From contig CASFWA010000001.1 of the NCBI GenBank assembly GCA_949298405.1, positions 210,023 to 274,022 of the forward strand: DNA of 64,000 bases, in the 5' to 3' direction. This DNA is from an uncultured Pseudomonadota bacterium. Lineage in GTDB: Bacteria > Pseudomonadota > Alphaproteobacteria > Rs-D84. The first letter of the stretch is position 1. The number at the start of each line of letters is the position of its first letter. This document shows positions 45,427 to 54,861 of this stretch, piece by piece. A model generated the notes under the pieces. That model saw only the letters and a list, made by a program, of their open reading frames with translations, was not told the origin of the DNA and did no database searches. Both the position numbers and the translations under genes were made by a program.

Positions 45427-47553
45427 ATGAAAAACGAATTAAAAATTTCAACGCTTGCGATAGTTTGTGTGTTGTGTACCGCTTTATCAAGTGCGTATGG
45501 TGCATCTTCTGTACGTTCTTTGGGTGGTACGGGTACTTATAGTAGTGCGTCAAGTGCTAGTGCTGCAAGTTCAAGCAGTACCGCGGCGGCGCGTAGTGGC
45601 TCTGTACGTGTTACACCGACCACGGGTGTTTCAGGTAGTAGTGCAACTAATACTAGTTCAACGAATAGTAGACGCGTTACAACAACACCGCGTTTATCTA
45701 TAGGTAAGTATCTTGGGGGTAGTACTTCTGTTAGTACAGGAAGTTCTTTGCGTCCACAAACACCAAGTGGTGGCTCGTCTTCTGGTGGTGATGGTTCTAT
45801 GGATCCTGAGGTTGCGGCAAATTTGCAAAAAGCAGTTGAGGACTTACAGGATAATATTGTCGACTTGAAAGATGCAGATGATGAGATAAAGGGGTTGTTG
45901 GAAGAAAAACAGAATGCTTTAATTCCGACAGATGATTATATCACTATCGAAAACGATGAAATTTTTGTAAACGTTGATAATTTGAAAGAAGCACTTGCGG
46001 GTGCTACTGGTGAAGATGGTCGTGAAATTGAATTGGATAAGGTTGGCGATTATTTGGTTTGGCGTTATGTAGGTGATAGTTCTTGGAATAATTTAATAGC
46101 TATTGCAGATATTACTGGACCACGAGGTCCCCAAGGTGAAAAAGGTGAACCGGGTGACCCTGCTAATTTGACTGATTATCCTACAAAAACAGATATGGAA
46201 GATGCGATAAGTGCGGCAGTTGATAATTTGGCTGCAACTTATGCAACAAAAGAAGAATTGGCAGATTATGTCAAGACGGAAACTGCAAATGCAATTTATG
46301 CGACAAAAGACGAATTGTCAGGAAAGTTGGATAGTGATGCTTTGGCAGGTTATGCCACAACAGTTGGTGTGCAAACTGCTATTAGGGAAGCGACTGATGG
46401 TTTGGCTACAAGCGCAGAATTAACCACGGGTTTGGCGGGTAAGGCAAATGTTGCTGATGTTTATACTAAATCCGAAGTTTATAATAAAACAGAAGTAAAT
46501 GACCTTGTTGCCGATGTTGCTGCCGGTGATATGCAAGAAGCTTTAAAGGATTATGCAAAAACAAGTGATGTAGAGGCTGGTTTGGCTGAAAAAGCAGATA
46601 AGACTGCATTGGATTCAAAGGCTGACGCAACAGTTGTAGATGCGCTTTCTTCAAAAGTAGATACGATTGGGGTGGCTGCGGATAATGCAGGTCTTGCGGC
46701 GACGGCGGCAGCGGAAACTGCTGGTGCTGCAAAAACAACTGCGGAGGCGGCGCAAGCAATTGCAAATGCTGTTTCGGGTGAAGTAGAAACTGTTAAAACT
46801 ACTGCTGATACGGCTAAAACCACGGCTGATGCAGCAAAGACAGCGGCGGATGAAGCGAAAGAATTGGCAAGCGGGGCAAGTGACGCGGCACAAGCAGCGC
46901 AAGATACTGCGACTGCGGCACAGGACAAAGCGGATGCGGCTGCATTGGCGGTGGCTTCGAAAGCAGATAAGGCCACTACTCTTGCTGGATATGGTATTAC
47001 TGATGCTTATACAAAAACAGAAGTTGACTCTAAAGTAGAAGGCTTGGCGACGGATGCAGATTTGACCGAGTTAGAAGGAAAAGTTCAGACGAATACTTCA
47101 AATATAGGCGCGTTAAAAAACACAGTTGGTGAAGGTGCTTTGACAACTACTGCACAAAACTTGGTTGGTGCGGTTAATGAATTAAAAACCAAGACTGATG
47201 GTATGGCAACTGACGGTAATTTTGAAGAAATGAATAACAAAATTACTCAGATGGAACAGACGGTTAATACTGCGGTTGGGGCTATAGAAGGTAAGGCTGA
47301 TACAACTTATGTTGATGAACAGTTGGCAACAAAAGCAAATACAGCAGATTTAGGTACTTTGGCTACAAAATCTAAAATTACAAATGATGACGTTGCGGAT
47401 GATGCGGCTATTGCACGTACAAAATTAGCAGAGGATGTACAGGCGTCTTTGGATAAGGCAGATGCTGCTATAAGTATGGTTGGTGCAGGAACAGATGCTG
47501 TTTTGGGCGTGGATAGTAACGGTGACAAAGTTTGGTATGAGATAGCATTTTAA
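45427..47553 (+). CDS. Secreted fibre-like repeat protein 1 (Ser-rich, collagen-like and tail-fibre-like repeats)
   Basis: Signal peptide; GPRGPQGEKGEPG; Ala/Thr heptads; ATTLAGYGITDAYTK; LVGAVNEL. Confidence 0.8.
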   Translation: MKNELKISTLAIVCVLCTALSSAYGASSVRSLGGTGTYSSASSASAASSSSTAAARSGSVRVTPTTGVSGSSATNTSSTNSRRVTTTPRLSIGKYLGGSTSVSTGSSLRPQTPSGGSSSGGDGSMDPEVAANLQKAVEDLQDNIVDLKDADDEIKGLLEEKQNALIPTDDYITIENDEIFVNVDNLKEALAGATGEDGREIELDKVGDYLVWRYVGDSSWNNLIAIADITGPRGPQGEKGEPGDPANLTDYPTKTDMEDAISAAVDNLAATYATKEELADYVKTETANAIYATKDELSGKLDSDALAGYATTVGVQTAIREATDGLATSAELTTGLAGKANVADVYTKSEVYNKTEVNDLVADVAAGDMQEALKDYAKTSDVEAGLAEKADKTALDSKADATVVDALSSKVDTIGVAADNAGLAATAAAETAGAAKTTAEAAQAIANAVSGEVETVKTTADTAKTTADAAKTAADEAKELASGASDAAQAAQDTATAAQDKADAAALAVASKADKATTLAGYGITDAYTKTEVDSKVEGLATDADLTELEGKVQTNTSNIGALKNTVGEGALTTTAQNLVGAVNELKTKTDGMATDGNFEEMNNKITQMEQTVNTAVGAIEGKADTTYVDEQLATKANTADLGTLATKSKITNDDVADDAAIARTKLAEDVQASLDKADAAISMVGAGTDAVLGVDSNGDKVWYEIAF

Positions 47554-47565
47554 GGGGTTTAAACA

Positions 47566-49410
47566 ATGAAGAAAATAAATTTCATTTTTTCTGGATTTTT
47601 AGCATCATTGTTGCTTGGTGTCGGTAATGTTAATGCTGCAACAAGCGGTGATCCTGTTAGAATTGCTAGTCAAAAATATGTTGATGATAAAGAAACAGCT
47701 ATATTAGAAAATGTAGAACAGAATTATGCCAAACAGGAAACTGTTAATCAAATAACAGAAAATGTTACTACTGTGACACAGCAGGTAACACAGTTAGGTG
47801 ATACGATTAATAATGAAGAAACAGGCCTTGGTGCACAGGTAGAACAGGCTGTTACAGATGCGGCGGCTGCACAAGAAGCAGTTAGCGGTTTAGAAAGTTC
47901 TGTATCGTCTTTGACAGAAACTGTAAATCAAAAAGCAGATGCGGCAGCCCTTGCAACAAAAGAAGATAAGGATAATAAAGCGGCATCTATTACTGCTGAG
48001 AATCAGACTTCTGGTACTGCGTATCCATCTGTTGGTGCAATCGTAGAATGGACAAATAAGAAAATAACAGAATTATCAGATACAGGTTTGCCAGTTAATC
48101 CAGATAATATAAATGATAATTCTATTGCTGGCAGCAAGTTGGAAAATGGCGCAGTTACAACAGATAAAATTGCTGATGAGGCGATAACAGAAGATAAGTT
48201 GAGCCAGGATTTAAGCACAACTATTGCAGGCAAAGAAGATAAGTCCAATAAAACTCAGACTATTGATGAATCTTCTACATCAGAACAATATCCGTCTGCG
48301 GCAGCAGTTCATACGGCGTTGCAGGGTAAGGCAGATACAAGTGTGTTGGAAAATTATGTCACAACAACTGAGGTCGAAGAAATAAATCAGAATATTACAA
48401 ATGTGAAACAGCAGGTGACGCAGTTAGGTGATACAATTAATAATGAAGAAACAGGCCTTGGTGCACAGGTAGAACAGGCTGTTACAGATGCGGCGGCTGC
48501 ACAAGATGCTGTTAGTGGTTTAGAAAGTTCTGTATCATCTTTGGCAGAAACTGTAAGTCAAAAAGCAGATGTGGCAGACTTGGCGAAAAAAGAAGATAAA
48601 GATAATAAAATACAAGAAATAACAGCAGAATCCACTGCGGAACAATATCCTTCTGCGGTTGCGGTTCGTACTGCTTTGGGAGCCAAGGCAGATGCAAGTG
48701 CTGTTGAAAGCATTACACAAAATATAACGAATATAAAACAGCAAGTAGAACAAATTACCGACCCAGAAACTGGTTTGGCTGCTGATGTTGAACAATTACA
48801 GACGGACATTGCTGGTAAAGCAAGTGCAGAATCTGTTGCAACATTAGAAGGAACTGTGACAAGTCAGGGTGGGCGTTTAACAACCGCAGAAGGTGAAATT
48901 GATGCTTTGCAAACGGCTTCTGCAACACATGCGACGACGGCTGCATTAACAGAAGGATTGGCATTGAAAGAAAATGTTGCGAATAAGGCAACGACTATTG
49001 GGACAGATAACCAAAGTTCGCCGACTGTATACCCATCTGTTGGTGCAATCGTAGAATGGACAAATAAGAAAATAACAGAATTATCAGATACGGGCTTGCC
49101 AGTTAATCCAGATAATATAAATGATAATTCTATTGCTGGCAGCAAGTTGGAAAATGGCGCAGTTACAACAGATAAAATTGCTGATAAGGCGGTGACGCAA
49201 GAAAAGTTAAGTGACGATTTAGTTAGTGAAATTTCCGGTAAAGCAAACGTGTCTGACGTTTATACAAAACTGGAAACAAATGAAAAGATTGTGGAACTGG
49301 CGGTGCCTCAACCAGAAGGTGAATGTATGGCAGAATCCGGTTTGTGTGTGTTGTCTGTTGGAACAGACGGGCAGTTCAAATGGGTAAATGTAACAGAGCC
49401 GGCACAATAA
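47566..49410 (+). CDS. Secreted fibre-like repeat protein 2
   Basis: Signal peptide; IASQKYVD; KE..NK...YPS..A modules x4; AVTTDKIAD; C-terminal Cys pair and W. Confidence 0.8.
   Translation: MKKINFIFSGFLASLLLGVGNVNAATSGDPVRIASQKYVDDKETAILENVEQNYAKQETVNQITENVTTVTQQVTQLGDTINNEETGLGAQVEQAVTDAAAAQEAVSGLESSVSSLTETVNQKADAAALATKEDKDNKAASITAENQTSGTAYPSVGAIVEWTNKKITELSDTGLPVNPDNINDNSIAGSKLENGAVTTDKIADEAITEDKLSQDLSTTIAGKEDKSNKTQTIDESSTSEQYPSAAAVHTALQGKADTSVLENYVTTTEVEEINQNITNVKQQVTQLGDTINNEETGLGAQVEQAVTDAAAAQDAVSGLESSVSSLAETVSQKADVADLAKKEDKDNKIQEITAESTAEQYPSAVAVRTALGAKADASAVESITQNITNIKQQVEQITDPETGLAADVEQLQTDIAGKASAESVATLEGTVTSQGGRLTTAEGEIDALQTASATHATTAALTEGLALKENVANKATTIGTDNQSSPTVYPSVGAIVEWTNKKITELSDTGLPVNPDNINDNSIAGSKLENGAVTTDKIADKAVTQEKLSDDLVSEISGKANVSDVYTKLETNEKIVELAVPQPEGECMAESGLCVLSVGTDGQFKWVNVTEPAQ
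47778..48570 (+). repeat. Intragenic ~163-bp near-identical duplication (47778-47940 / 48408-48570)
   Basis: Both encode QQVTQLGDTINNEETGLGAQVEQAVTDAAAAQ.AVSGLESSVSSL.ETV.QKAD. Confidence 0.9.
48022..49185 (+). repeat. Intragenic ~156-bp near-identical duplication (48022-48177 / 49030-49185)
   Basis: Both encode YPSVGAIVEWTNKKITELSDTGLPVNPDNINDNSIAGSKLENGAVTTDKIAD. Confidence 0.92.
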
Positions 49411-49740
49411 AGAACTAACTAACGAAACTAATTAACTAACAAAACAAAAAAGGAAAGGAAAATGAAAAAACTAACAGCAGGTATATTTGCAACATTATTG
49501 ACAGTTGTCACTGTCGGAGCTGCAAATGCAGAAATCGCATCAAGAACTTATGTTGATGATCAGGTCGGTACAAGAGCCACAACAGCAAGCGTAACTACTT
49601 TGACAGGTCGTGTAGATACTGTAGAAGGTACTGTTACAAGTCAGGGTGGGCGTTTGACAACCGCAGAAGGTGAAATTGATGCTTTGCAAACTGCTTCTGC
49701 AACACATGCGACAACGACTGCATTAACAGAAGGATTGGCA
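48845..49740 (+). repeat. 119-bp segment shared between two adjacent genes (48845-48963 / 49622-49740)
   Basis: Both encode EGTVTSQGGRLTTAEGEIDALQTASATHATT.ALTEGLA with few, mostly synonymous, differences. Confidence 0.92.
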
Positions 49741-50673
49741 GGTAAGCAGGATAAAGCATTGATTCAATCTGCACAGTATAGTGATAATACGACCAACGAT
49801 ACGTCATATCCATCTGTAAAAGCAGTTGCAGATGCTATCGATAGTGTAACTGGTAATGTGTCTGGCGTTAAAGAAGATGTTACAGAATTACAGGGAACTG
49901 TTGCTGGTTTACAAACAGGTAAAGCAGATAAAGCCACAACATTACAAGGTTATGGTATCACAGATGCTTATACAAAAACAGAAGTAGATTCTGCTTTGGA
50001 TGCAAAAGCAAATACAGCAGATTTGGGCGCTTTGGCAGAAAAAGACACAGTAAGTGCAGCAGATATTGATGCAAACGCTGTCACAACGGCAAAAATTGCA
50101 GATAAAAATGTAACAAAAGCAAAATTGGCAGATGACGTTCAGGCGTCTTTGGGTAAGGCAGATTCTGCTTTGCAACAGGCTGCTTTGGCAGATTATGCAA
50201 AAACTGCAGATGTTGATGCAGATTTGGCGTTGAAGCAAGATAAAACAGATAATACTCTTGCAACTACACAAAAAACAGTTGTTGGTGCTATTAATGAAGT
50301 AAATACTAAAGCAGGAACTGCAGCGGCAGATGCAACACAAGCAAAATCTGATGCAGCACAGGCAAAAACAGATGCAACACAGGCGAAGTCTGATGCAGCA
50401 GCAGCAACGGCTGCAGCAGAAGAAGCAACAACTGCTGCGACAACTGCAACACAGACTGCAACACAGGCAAAGAGTACTGCTGATACAGCAAGTCAAACTG
50501 CAACACAGGCAAAGAGTACTGCTGATACAGCAAGTCAAACTGCAACAGAAGCAAAGGAAGCGGCTTTGGCAGCAATACCAAAACCAACAGATCCTAGTTG
50601 TGAAAACCCAACAAATAAGTGTGTTTTGACTTATAATAACTCTGCTTATGAATGGGAAGTTGTTGCAAGATAA
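49462..50673 (+). CDS. Secreted fibre-like repeat protein 3
   Basis: Signal peptide (ANA|E); IASRTYVD; ATTLQGYGITDAYTK; VVGAINEV; heptad repeats; C-terminal Cys pair and W. Confidence 0.8.
   Translation: MKKLTAGIFATLLTVVTVGAANAEIASRTYVDDQVGTRATTASVTTLTGRVDTVEGTVTSQGGRLTTAEGEIDALQTASATHATTTALTEGLAGKQDKALIQSAQYSDNTTNDTSYPSVKAVADAIDSVTGNVSGVKEDVTELQGTVAGLQTGKADKATTLQGYGITDAYTKTEVDSALDAKANTADLGALAEKDTVSAADIDANAVTTAKIADKNVTKAKLADDVQASLGKADSALQQAALADYAKTADVDADLALKQDKTDNTLATTQKTVVGAINEVNTKAGTAAADATQAKSDAAQAKTDATQAKSDAAAATAAAEEATTAATTATQTATQAKSTADTASQTATQAKSTADTASQTATEAKEAALAAIPKPTDPSCENPTNKCVLTYNNSAYEWEVVAR
50455..50547 (+). repeat. 42-bp perfect tandem repeat (about 2.2 copies)
   Basis: ACTGCAACACAGGCAAAGAGTACTGCTGATACAGCAAGTCAA x2, encoding TATQAKSTADTASQ. 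Confidence 0.92.
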
Positions 50674-50786
50674 TCTTGTTGGTATCTTGATGTGCGGTAT
50701 TTCATAAATATATCGCACATCAAAAAAAGTTTGCGTGAGTTGCGATTTAGATAGTGAAACGAAACAGTTTTTTAGGTAGAATAAAA

Positions 50787-52457
50787 ATGATGAATACAAA
50801 AGGTCTTTTTGCAGTTTCTTTAATAGCAATGCTTGCTATGGGAACAGCTAATGCAGATATCGCATCCAAAAAGTATGTTGATGTACAGGTTGGTGGACGT
50901 TTGTCTAGCATTAGTGGTTCTACCAGTGGAACAGGTAATGTTGTCACTTCGGTTTCTGCTAGTGGTAGCACTGTTTCTGCAACAAAAGGTATAACTGCAG
51001 AAGAAACAAAAAATAAAGTTACAACTGTTCGTGCAACTGCATCTGCAACAGATACGGCTTATCCTTCTGAAAAAGCGGTTGCTACTGCTTTGGCAGGTAA
51101 GGCGGATTCTGCAGATATTCCAACTGTAAATAATGCAACACTGACAATTCAGAAAAATGGTTCTAATGTCGGTACGTTTACTGCAAATGCGGCTTCACCA
51201 GCAACTATCAATATTACAGTACCTACAACAACATCTCAGTTGACTAATAATAGTGGTTTTATTACTGCTGATGATTTGCCAGAAGATTATGTCTTAACTG
51301 CGGCTACATCTGATAAGTTGGGTGGTGTAAAAAGTGGTGGGGATATAACTGTCGGAACAGACGGTACTGTCACAGTAAATAGTGCAACAAGTGCAGATAA
51401 AGCAACAACCGCAACTAGTGCGACTAATGCTACAAATGCAACGAATGCTACAAAAGCAACACAAGACGCATCGGGTAATGTTATTACAACTACTTATGCT
51501 ACGAAGACTGAATTAACTTCTGGGTTGGCAGATAAGGCCAATGTTGATGATTTAGCAACGGTTGCAACATCTGGTTCGTATAATGATTTAACAAATAAAC
51601 CAACTATACCTACTGTGGATTCTGCTTTGAGTTCTTCAAGTACAAACCCTGTTCAGAATAAGGTTATAAATTCTGCTTTGGCAGGTAAGTTAAGTACATC
51701 TGGTACGGCTGCAAAAGCAACTGCAGATGCAAACGGGAATAACATCGTTAATACTTATGCTACAAAAACAGCATTGGCTTCTGTAGAAGCTGATGTTGCT
51801 ACTGCGCAATCTACTGCAGATGATGCGGCAGATGCAGCGGCAAGTGCGCAATCTGCTGCAAATACAAAGGTTGCAAAAGCACAGGGCTCTACGAATGCAA
51901 ATAAAGTTTTAATTACAGATGGGTCGGGTAATGTTGCAACTGGTACTGTCAGCAGTGCTATGATAACAGATGGTACAATAACAAATGCAGATATTTCTTC
52001 TTCGGCTGCAATTGCACAGTCAAAGATATCTGGCTTGACAAATTCGTTAAATGCAAAGGCTAATACCGCGGATTTGGCAGATGTCGCAACGTCTGGTTCT
52101 TATAACGATTTAACTGATAAACCTTCTATCCCTGCTGCAATAACAGTAGATAGCGCTTTAAGCAGTACAAGTACAAATCCTGTTCAGAATAAGGTTATAA
52201 ACACCGCTTTGGCAGGTAAGTTAAGTACAACTGGTACGGCTGCAAAAGCAACCGCAGATGCGAATGGCAATAATATTGCTAGTACTTATGCAACAAAGTC
52301 TCAGATTACTGCTTTGGATAGCACTTCTTCTGGTACAGGGGCCGTTGTCACAGCGGTTTCACAGACTGATGGTAAGGTTTCTGTCACAAAAGGAAATGTT
52401 AAAATCCCTGTTGGCAGTGAAAGTGCTACGACTTATGCAACCATCTGGGTTGAATAG
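50787..52457 (+). CDS. Secreted fibre-like repeat protein 4
   Basis: ATG at 50787; signal peptide (ANA|D); IASKKYVD; duplicated VATSGSYNDL..KP / VDSALSS.STNPVQNKVI / ATADANGNNI modules. Confidence 0.8.
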   Translation: MMNTKGLFAVSLIAMLAMGTANADIASKKYVDVQVGGRLSSISGSTSGTGNVVTSVSASGSTVSATKGITAEETKNKVTTVRATASATDTAYPSEKAVATALAGKADSADIPTVNNATLTIQKNGSNVGTFTANAASPATINITVPTTTSQLTNNSGFITADDLPEDYVLTAATSDKLGGVKSGGDITVGTDGTVTVNSATSADKATTATSATNATNATNATKATQDASGNVITTTYATKTELTSGLADKANVDDLATVATSGSYNDLTNKPTIPTVDSALSSSSTNPVQNKVINSALAGKLSTSGTAAKATADANGNNIVNTYATKTALASVEADVATAQSTADDAADAAASAQSAANTKVAKAQGSTNANKVLITDGSGNVATGTVSSAMITDGTITNADISSSAAIAQSKISGLTNSLNAKANTADLADVATSGSYNDLTDKPSIPAAITVDSALSSTSTNPVQNKVINTALAGKLSTTGTAAKATADANGNNIASTYATKSQITALDSTSSGTGAVVTAVSQTDGKVSVTKGNVKIPVGSESATTYATIWVE

Positions 52458-52467
52458 TAATAAAATT

Positions 52468-52498
52468 ATAAATCCACCAAAAAGGTGGATTTATTTTT
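52468..52498 (+). terminator. Intrinsic terminator ending the fibre cluster
   Basis: ATAAATCCACC-aaaaa-GGTGGATTTAT-TTTT. Confidence 0.8.
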
Positions 52499-52545
52499 CC
52501 CCTTAAAACTTGATTTAATCATCTTTCTTATAATATAATTACCCT

Positions 52546-52747
52546 GCTTTTAAGATTCTTAAAAGCGGACCATGTTAGTAGACGGGTTTAGTCACCCGAA
52601 TATAACAGTTTTAACTAACTTGTTGTCCCGACTTCTCGGTCGGGAAGTCGTTGCTATACAATAACTGCTTTGCGGTAAAGGCAACGAATTCATCGTTATA
52701 TTTGAATGACTAACTTCCCGGCACCTACTTTCATAGGTGTCTTTTTT
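52546..52747 (+). ncRNA. C4 antisense RNA-like structured leader/attenuator, copy C
   Basis: Promoter TTGATT-N18-TATAAT (52510-52539); 5' hairpin GCTTTTAAG/CTTAAAAGC; a1 hairpin CGGG-tttagtca-CCCG; b1 AATATAAC; core 52639-52725 (GTCGGGAAG...CTTCCCGGC-A-CC); terminator GGCACCTA/TAGGTGTC-TTTTTT. Confidence 0.72.
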
Positions 52748-52772
52748 CTTTCTTTTTACACAAGGATAAAAA

Positions 52773-53327
52773 ATGAAAGTACTATTGTCGGGACTATTAT
52801 TCTTTTGTTGGGTTTTATTTCCTAATAATCTTAGAGCAGGGGATTTTATCGGTAATTTAGGGGATATTATTTCTTTTAAAGTTTTGCCTGTTTATTCATT
52901 TGCTGCAACTGTATATAATTCTGATTGGAATACTTGGTATGATTATGACTGGAACGGGTTAAAGCAATTAATTGTTGTTAATTTAATAAAATCAACTGTC
53001 ACAGATACTTTGAAAGAAAATATTTCTGAACAAAGACCTAATAAAAAAGGCTTTGATAGTTTCCCGTCTGGTCATACCGCAAATGCTTTTGCAAATGCGG
53101 CTTTTATACACAGGCGTTATGGTATAAAACAGGCAATTGTTCCTTATGTCTTGGCTTCGTTCGTAGGATATTCAAGAGTACAGTCGCGTTGGCATTATAC
53201 TCATGATGTTCTGGCGGGGGCGGCGGTAGGCTTCTTGTCTGCGTGGATATTTGCAGAAAGAAAGCAGAATATGTTTATTGCTGCAGATACTGAAAGCGTT
53301 GCACTTAGGTTTAGTACCCAGTTTTAA
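52773..53327 (+). CDS. PAP2 family phosphatase (LpxE-like)
   Basis: K......RP, FPSGH, SRV...WHY..DV..G motifs; N-terminal signal. Confidence 0.9.
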   Translation: MKVLLSGLLFFCWVLFPNNLRAGDFIGNLGDIISFKVLPVYSFAATVYNSDWNTWYDYDWNGLKQLIVVNLIKSTVTDTLKENISEQRPNKKGFDSFPSGHTANAFANAAFIHRRYGIKQAIVPYVLASFVGYSRVQSRWHYTHDVLAGAAVGFLSAWIFAERKQNMFIAADTESVALRFSTQF

Positions 53328-53899
53328 AAAAGCGATATTAAAAAAACACCCAGACCTGCTGCAATAATTGCGGTAATCGTTAGCGGCCAAAAATATTTTT
53401 TTACAATCGCATTTGCGCGTTCTTGGAAAAAATAAAGTAGCGCAGCAATTATTCCAAAGCGGCCTGTGCGGAATATCGCAGATACTGCCAAGAATATCCA
53501 AATTGGGTAACCAATAAAACCAAGCCATATTGCAAGTAGTTTATATGGAATAGGGGTGACCGCGGTTAATACTATTATCAGAATCCCATATTTACTAAAC
53601 ATTGGCTTTATTGCTGTTTCTATTAGTTCTGGATTTGAAAATGTGTTTATTAACCAAATACCTACGGAATCCCAAAGCCAGGCACCTATAAGATATGCAA
53701 TTGCACCGCCTACAATAGACCCAAGTGACGTAGCAACCGCAATCGGTACAGCACGTTTTTTGTTGGCTATTATTGGTGGAGTCATAAATACTTCTGGTGG
53801 AATAAACAAAAATATGGATTCGCATATTGTTAAAAGGAATACTATCCATGAATATGTTTTGCTTTCTGATTTCTGTAAAATATATTCTGCGAATTTCAT
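53324..53899 (-). CDS. YqaA/DedA (VTT domain) membrane protein
   Basis: ESIF.FIPPE, S.VGG..AY.IG, TPIPYKL, R.GRF. Confidence 0.88.
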   Translation of the reverse strand: MKFAEYILQKSESKTYSWIVFLLTICESIFLFIPPEVFMTPPIIANKKRAVPIAVATSLGSIVGGAIAYLIGAWLWDSVGIWLINTFSNPELIETAIKPMFSKYGILIIVLTAVTPIPYKLLAIWLGFIGYPIWIFLAVSAIFRTGRFGIIAALLYFFQERANAIVKKYFWPLTITAIIAAGLGVFLISLF

Positions 53900-53989
53900 T
53901 ATTTTTCCCTTGGCTGACAAAAAATTTACTTGATTGTAATTAAATATTTTATACTTTACAATTAATAATTATATGCAGTGGAAATAAAT

Positions 53990-54349
53990 ATGATTAAAAA
54001 GCAAAATAATTCTAATCGTGCCGCAAAAGTTGCAAGTAAAGTTCAAACACTTGTTGCAGAAATCTTGCGTGATAAGTTTGGCGAAGATAATTTGTTGTCT
54101 GGGGTTTCTTTGGTCGGTGCCGTTGCACATGGCGGTTTGCAATTCGTTCGATTGTTTTATTATTCGCGTAATGAAAATATTGAAACGGTACAAAAACGTC
54201 TGGATGATACAACTAAGATGATTCGTTATGAACTGGCTGCACGCATGAATCAAAAGTATGTTCCTGATATTCGTTTTGAATATGATGATACGCTAGAAAA
54301 AGCAGACAGAATTGATAAACTTTTAGATAATTTGGATTTAGGTAAATGA
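53990..54349 (+). CDS. rbfA: Ribosome-binding factor A
   Basis: R..KVA..VQ..VAEIL, IR.ELA.RM..KYVPDIRFEYD.TLE. Confidence 0.88.
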   Translation: MIKKQNNSNRAAKVASKVQTLVAEILRDKFGEDNLLSGVSLVGAVAHGGLQFVRLFYYSRNENIETVQKRLDDTTKMIRYELAARMNQKYVPDIRFEYDDTLEKADRIDKLLDNLDLGK

Positions 54350-54780
54350 CAGGGATTTCACAAATTTATCAGGTGCCATATTCTTTGGTAAAAGATTGTT
54401 ATTATATTGTTAATCAAACAAGACCAAGTGAAGCAATTAAGTTATATCATTCTTTGAAATATGATGTTGAAAATCGCAATCATATAATGTTTATATTTAA
54501 TGGGGTTTATTCACCGTTAGGTTTTATAAAAGGTTCTTTGCGTGATTCACTTAATGGCAGAGATTCTGTAATTGATTATTTGTTCGTTGATAAAAAGTAT
54601 CACCATAGTGGAATAGGTACTTATTTATTAAAAACTTACGAATCTTATTGCCTTGAAAGTGGGGCGCAGGAAATTTCTTTGTACAGCGCACCAACTTTGC
54701 AGGCGCGAAAATTTTATGAGAAAAATGGTTATTCTTTGGTTAATCCTAATTATTTGATGGTAAAATCGTTATCAAGATAA
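54346..54780 (+). CDS. GNAT family N-acetyltransferase
   Basis: LFVD..YH.SGIG..LL, A..FYEKNGY. Confidence 0.88.
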   Translation: MTGISQIYQVPYSLVKDCYYIVNQTRPSEAIKLYHSLKYDVENRNHIMFIFNGVYSPLGFIKGSLRDSLNGRDSVIDYLFVDKKYHHSGIGTYLLKTYESYCLESGAQEISLYSAPTLQARKFYEKNGYSLVNPNYLMVKSLSR

Positions 54781-54861
54781 ATTGTTAAATTTTCGTAAAA
54801 AAACGAATTGCAACTTTTAATATGCTGGTGTATCATTGCCGCATAATGTTAGGGTTGTAAT

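Noticed and set aside
49942..50829. 295-aa Cys-rich minus-strand ORF
   Set aside because: Antisense shadow of GCA/ACA-rich codons of fibre gene 3
45427..52457. Prophage tail module or DGR template/variable repeat pair
   Set aside because: All four genes carry signal peptides, with no structural phage genes or reverse transcriptase; repeat differences are mostly synonymous and not adenine-specific
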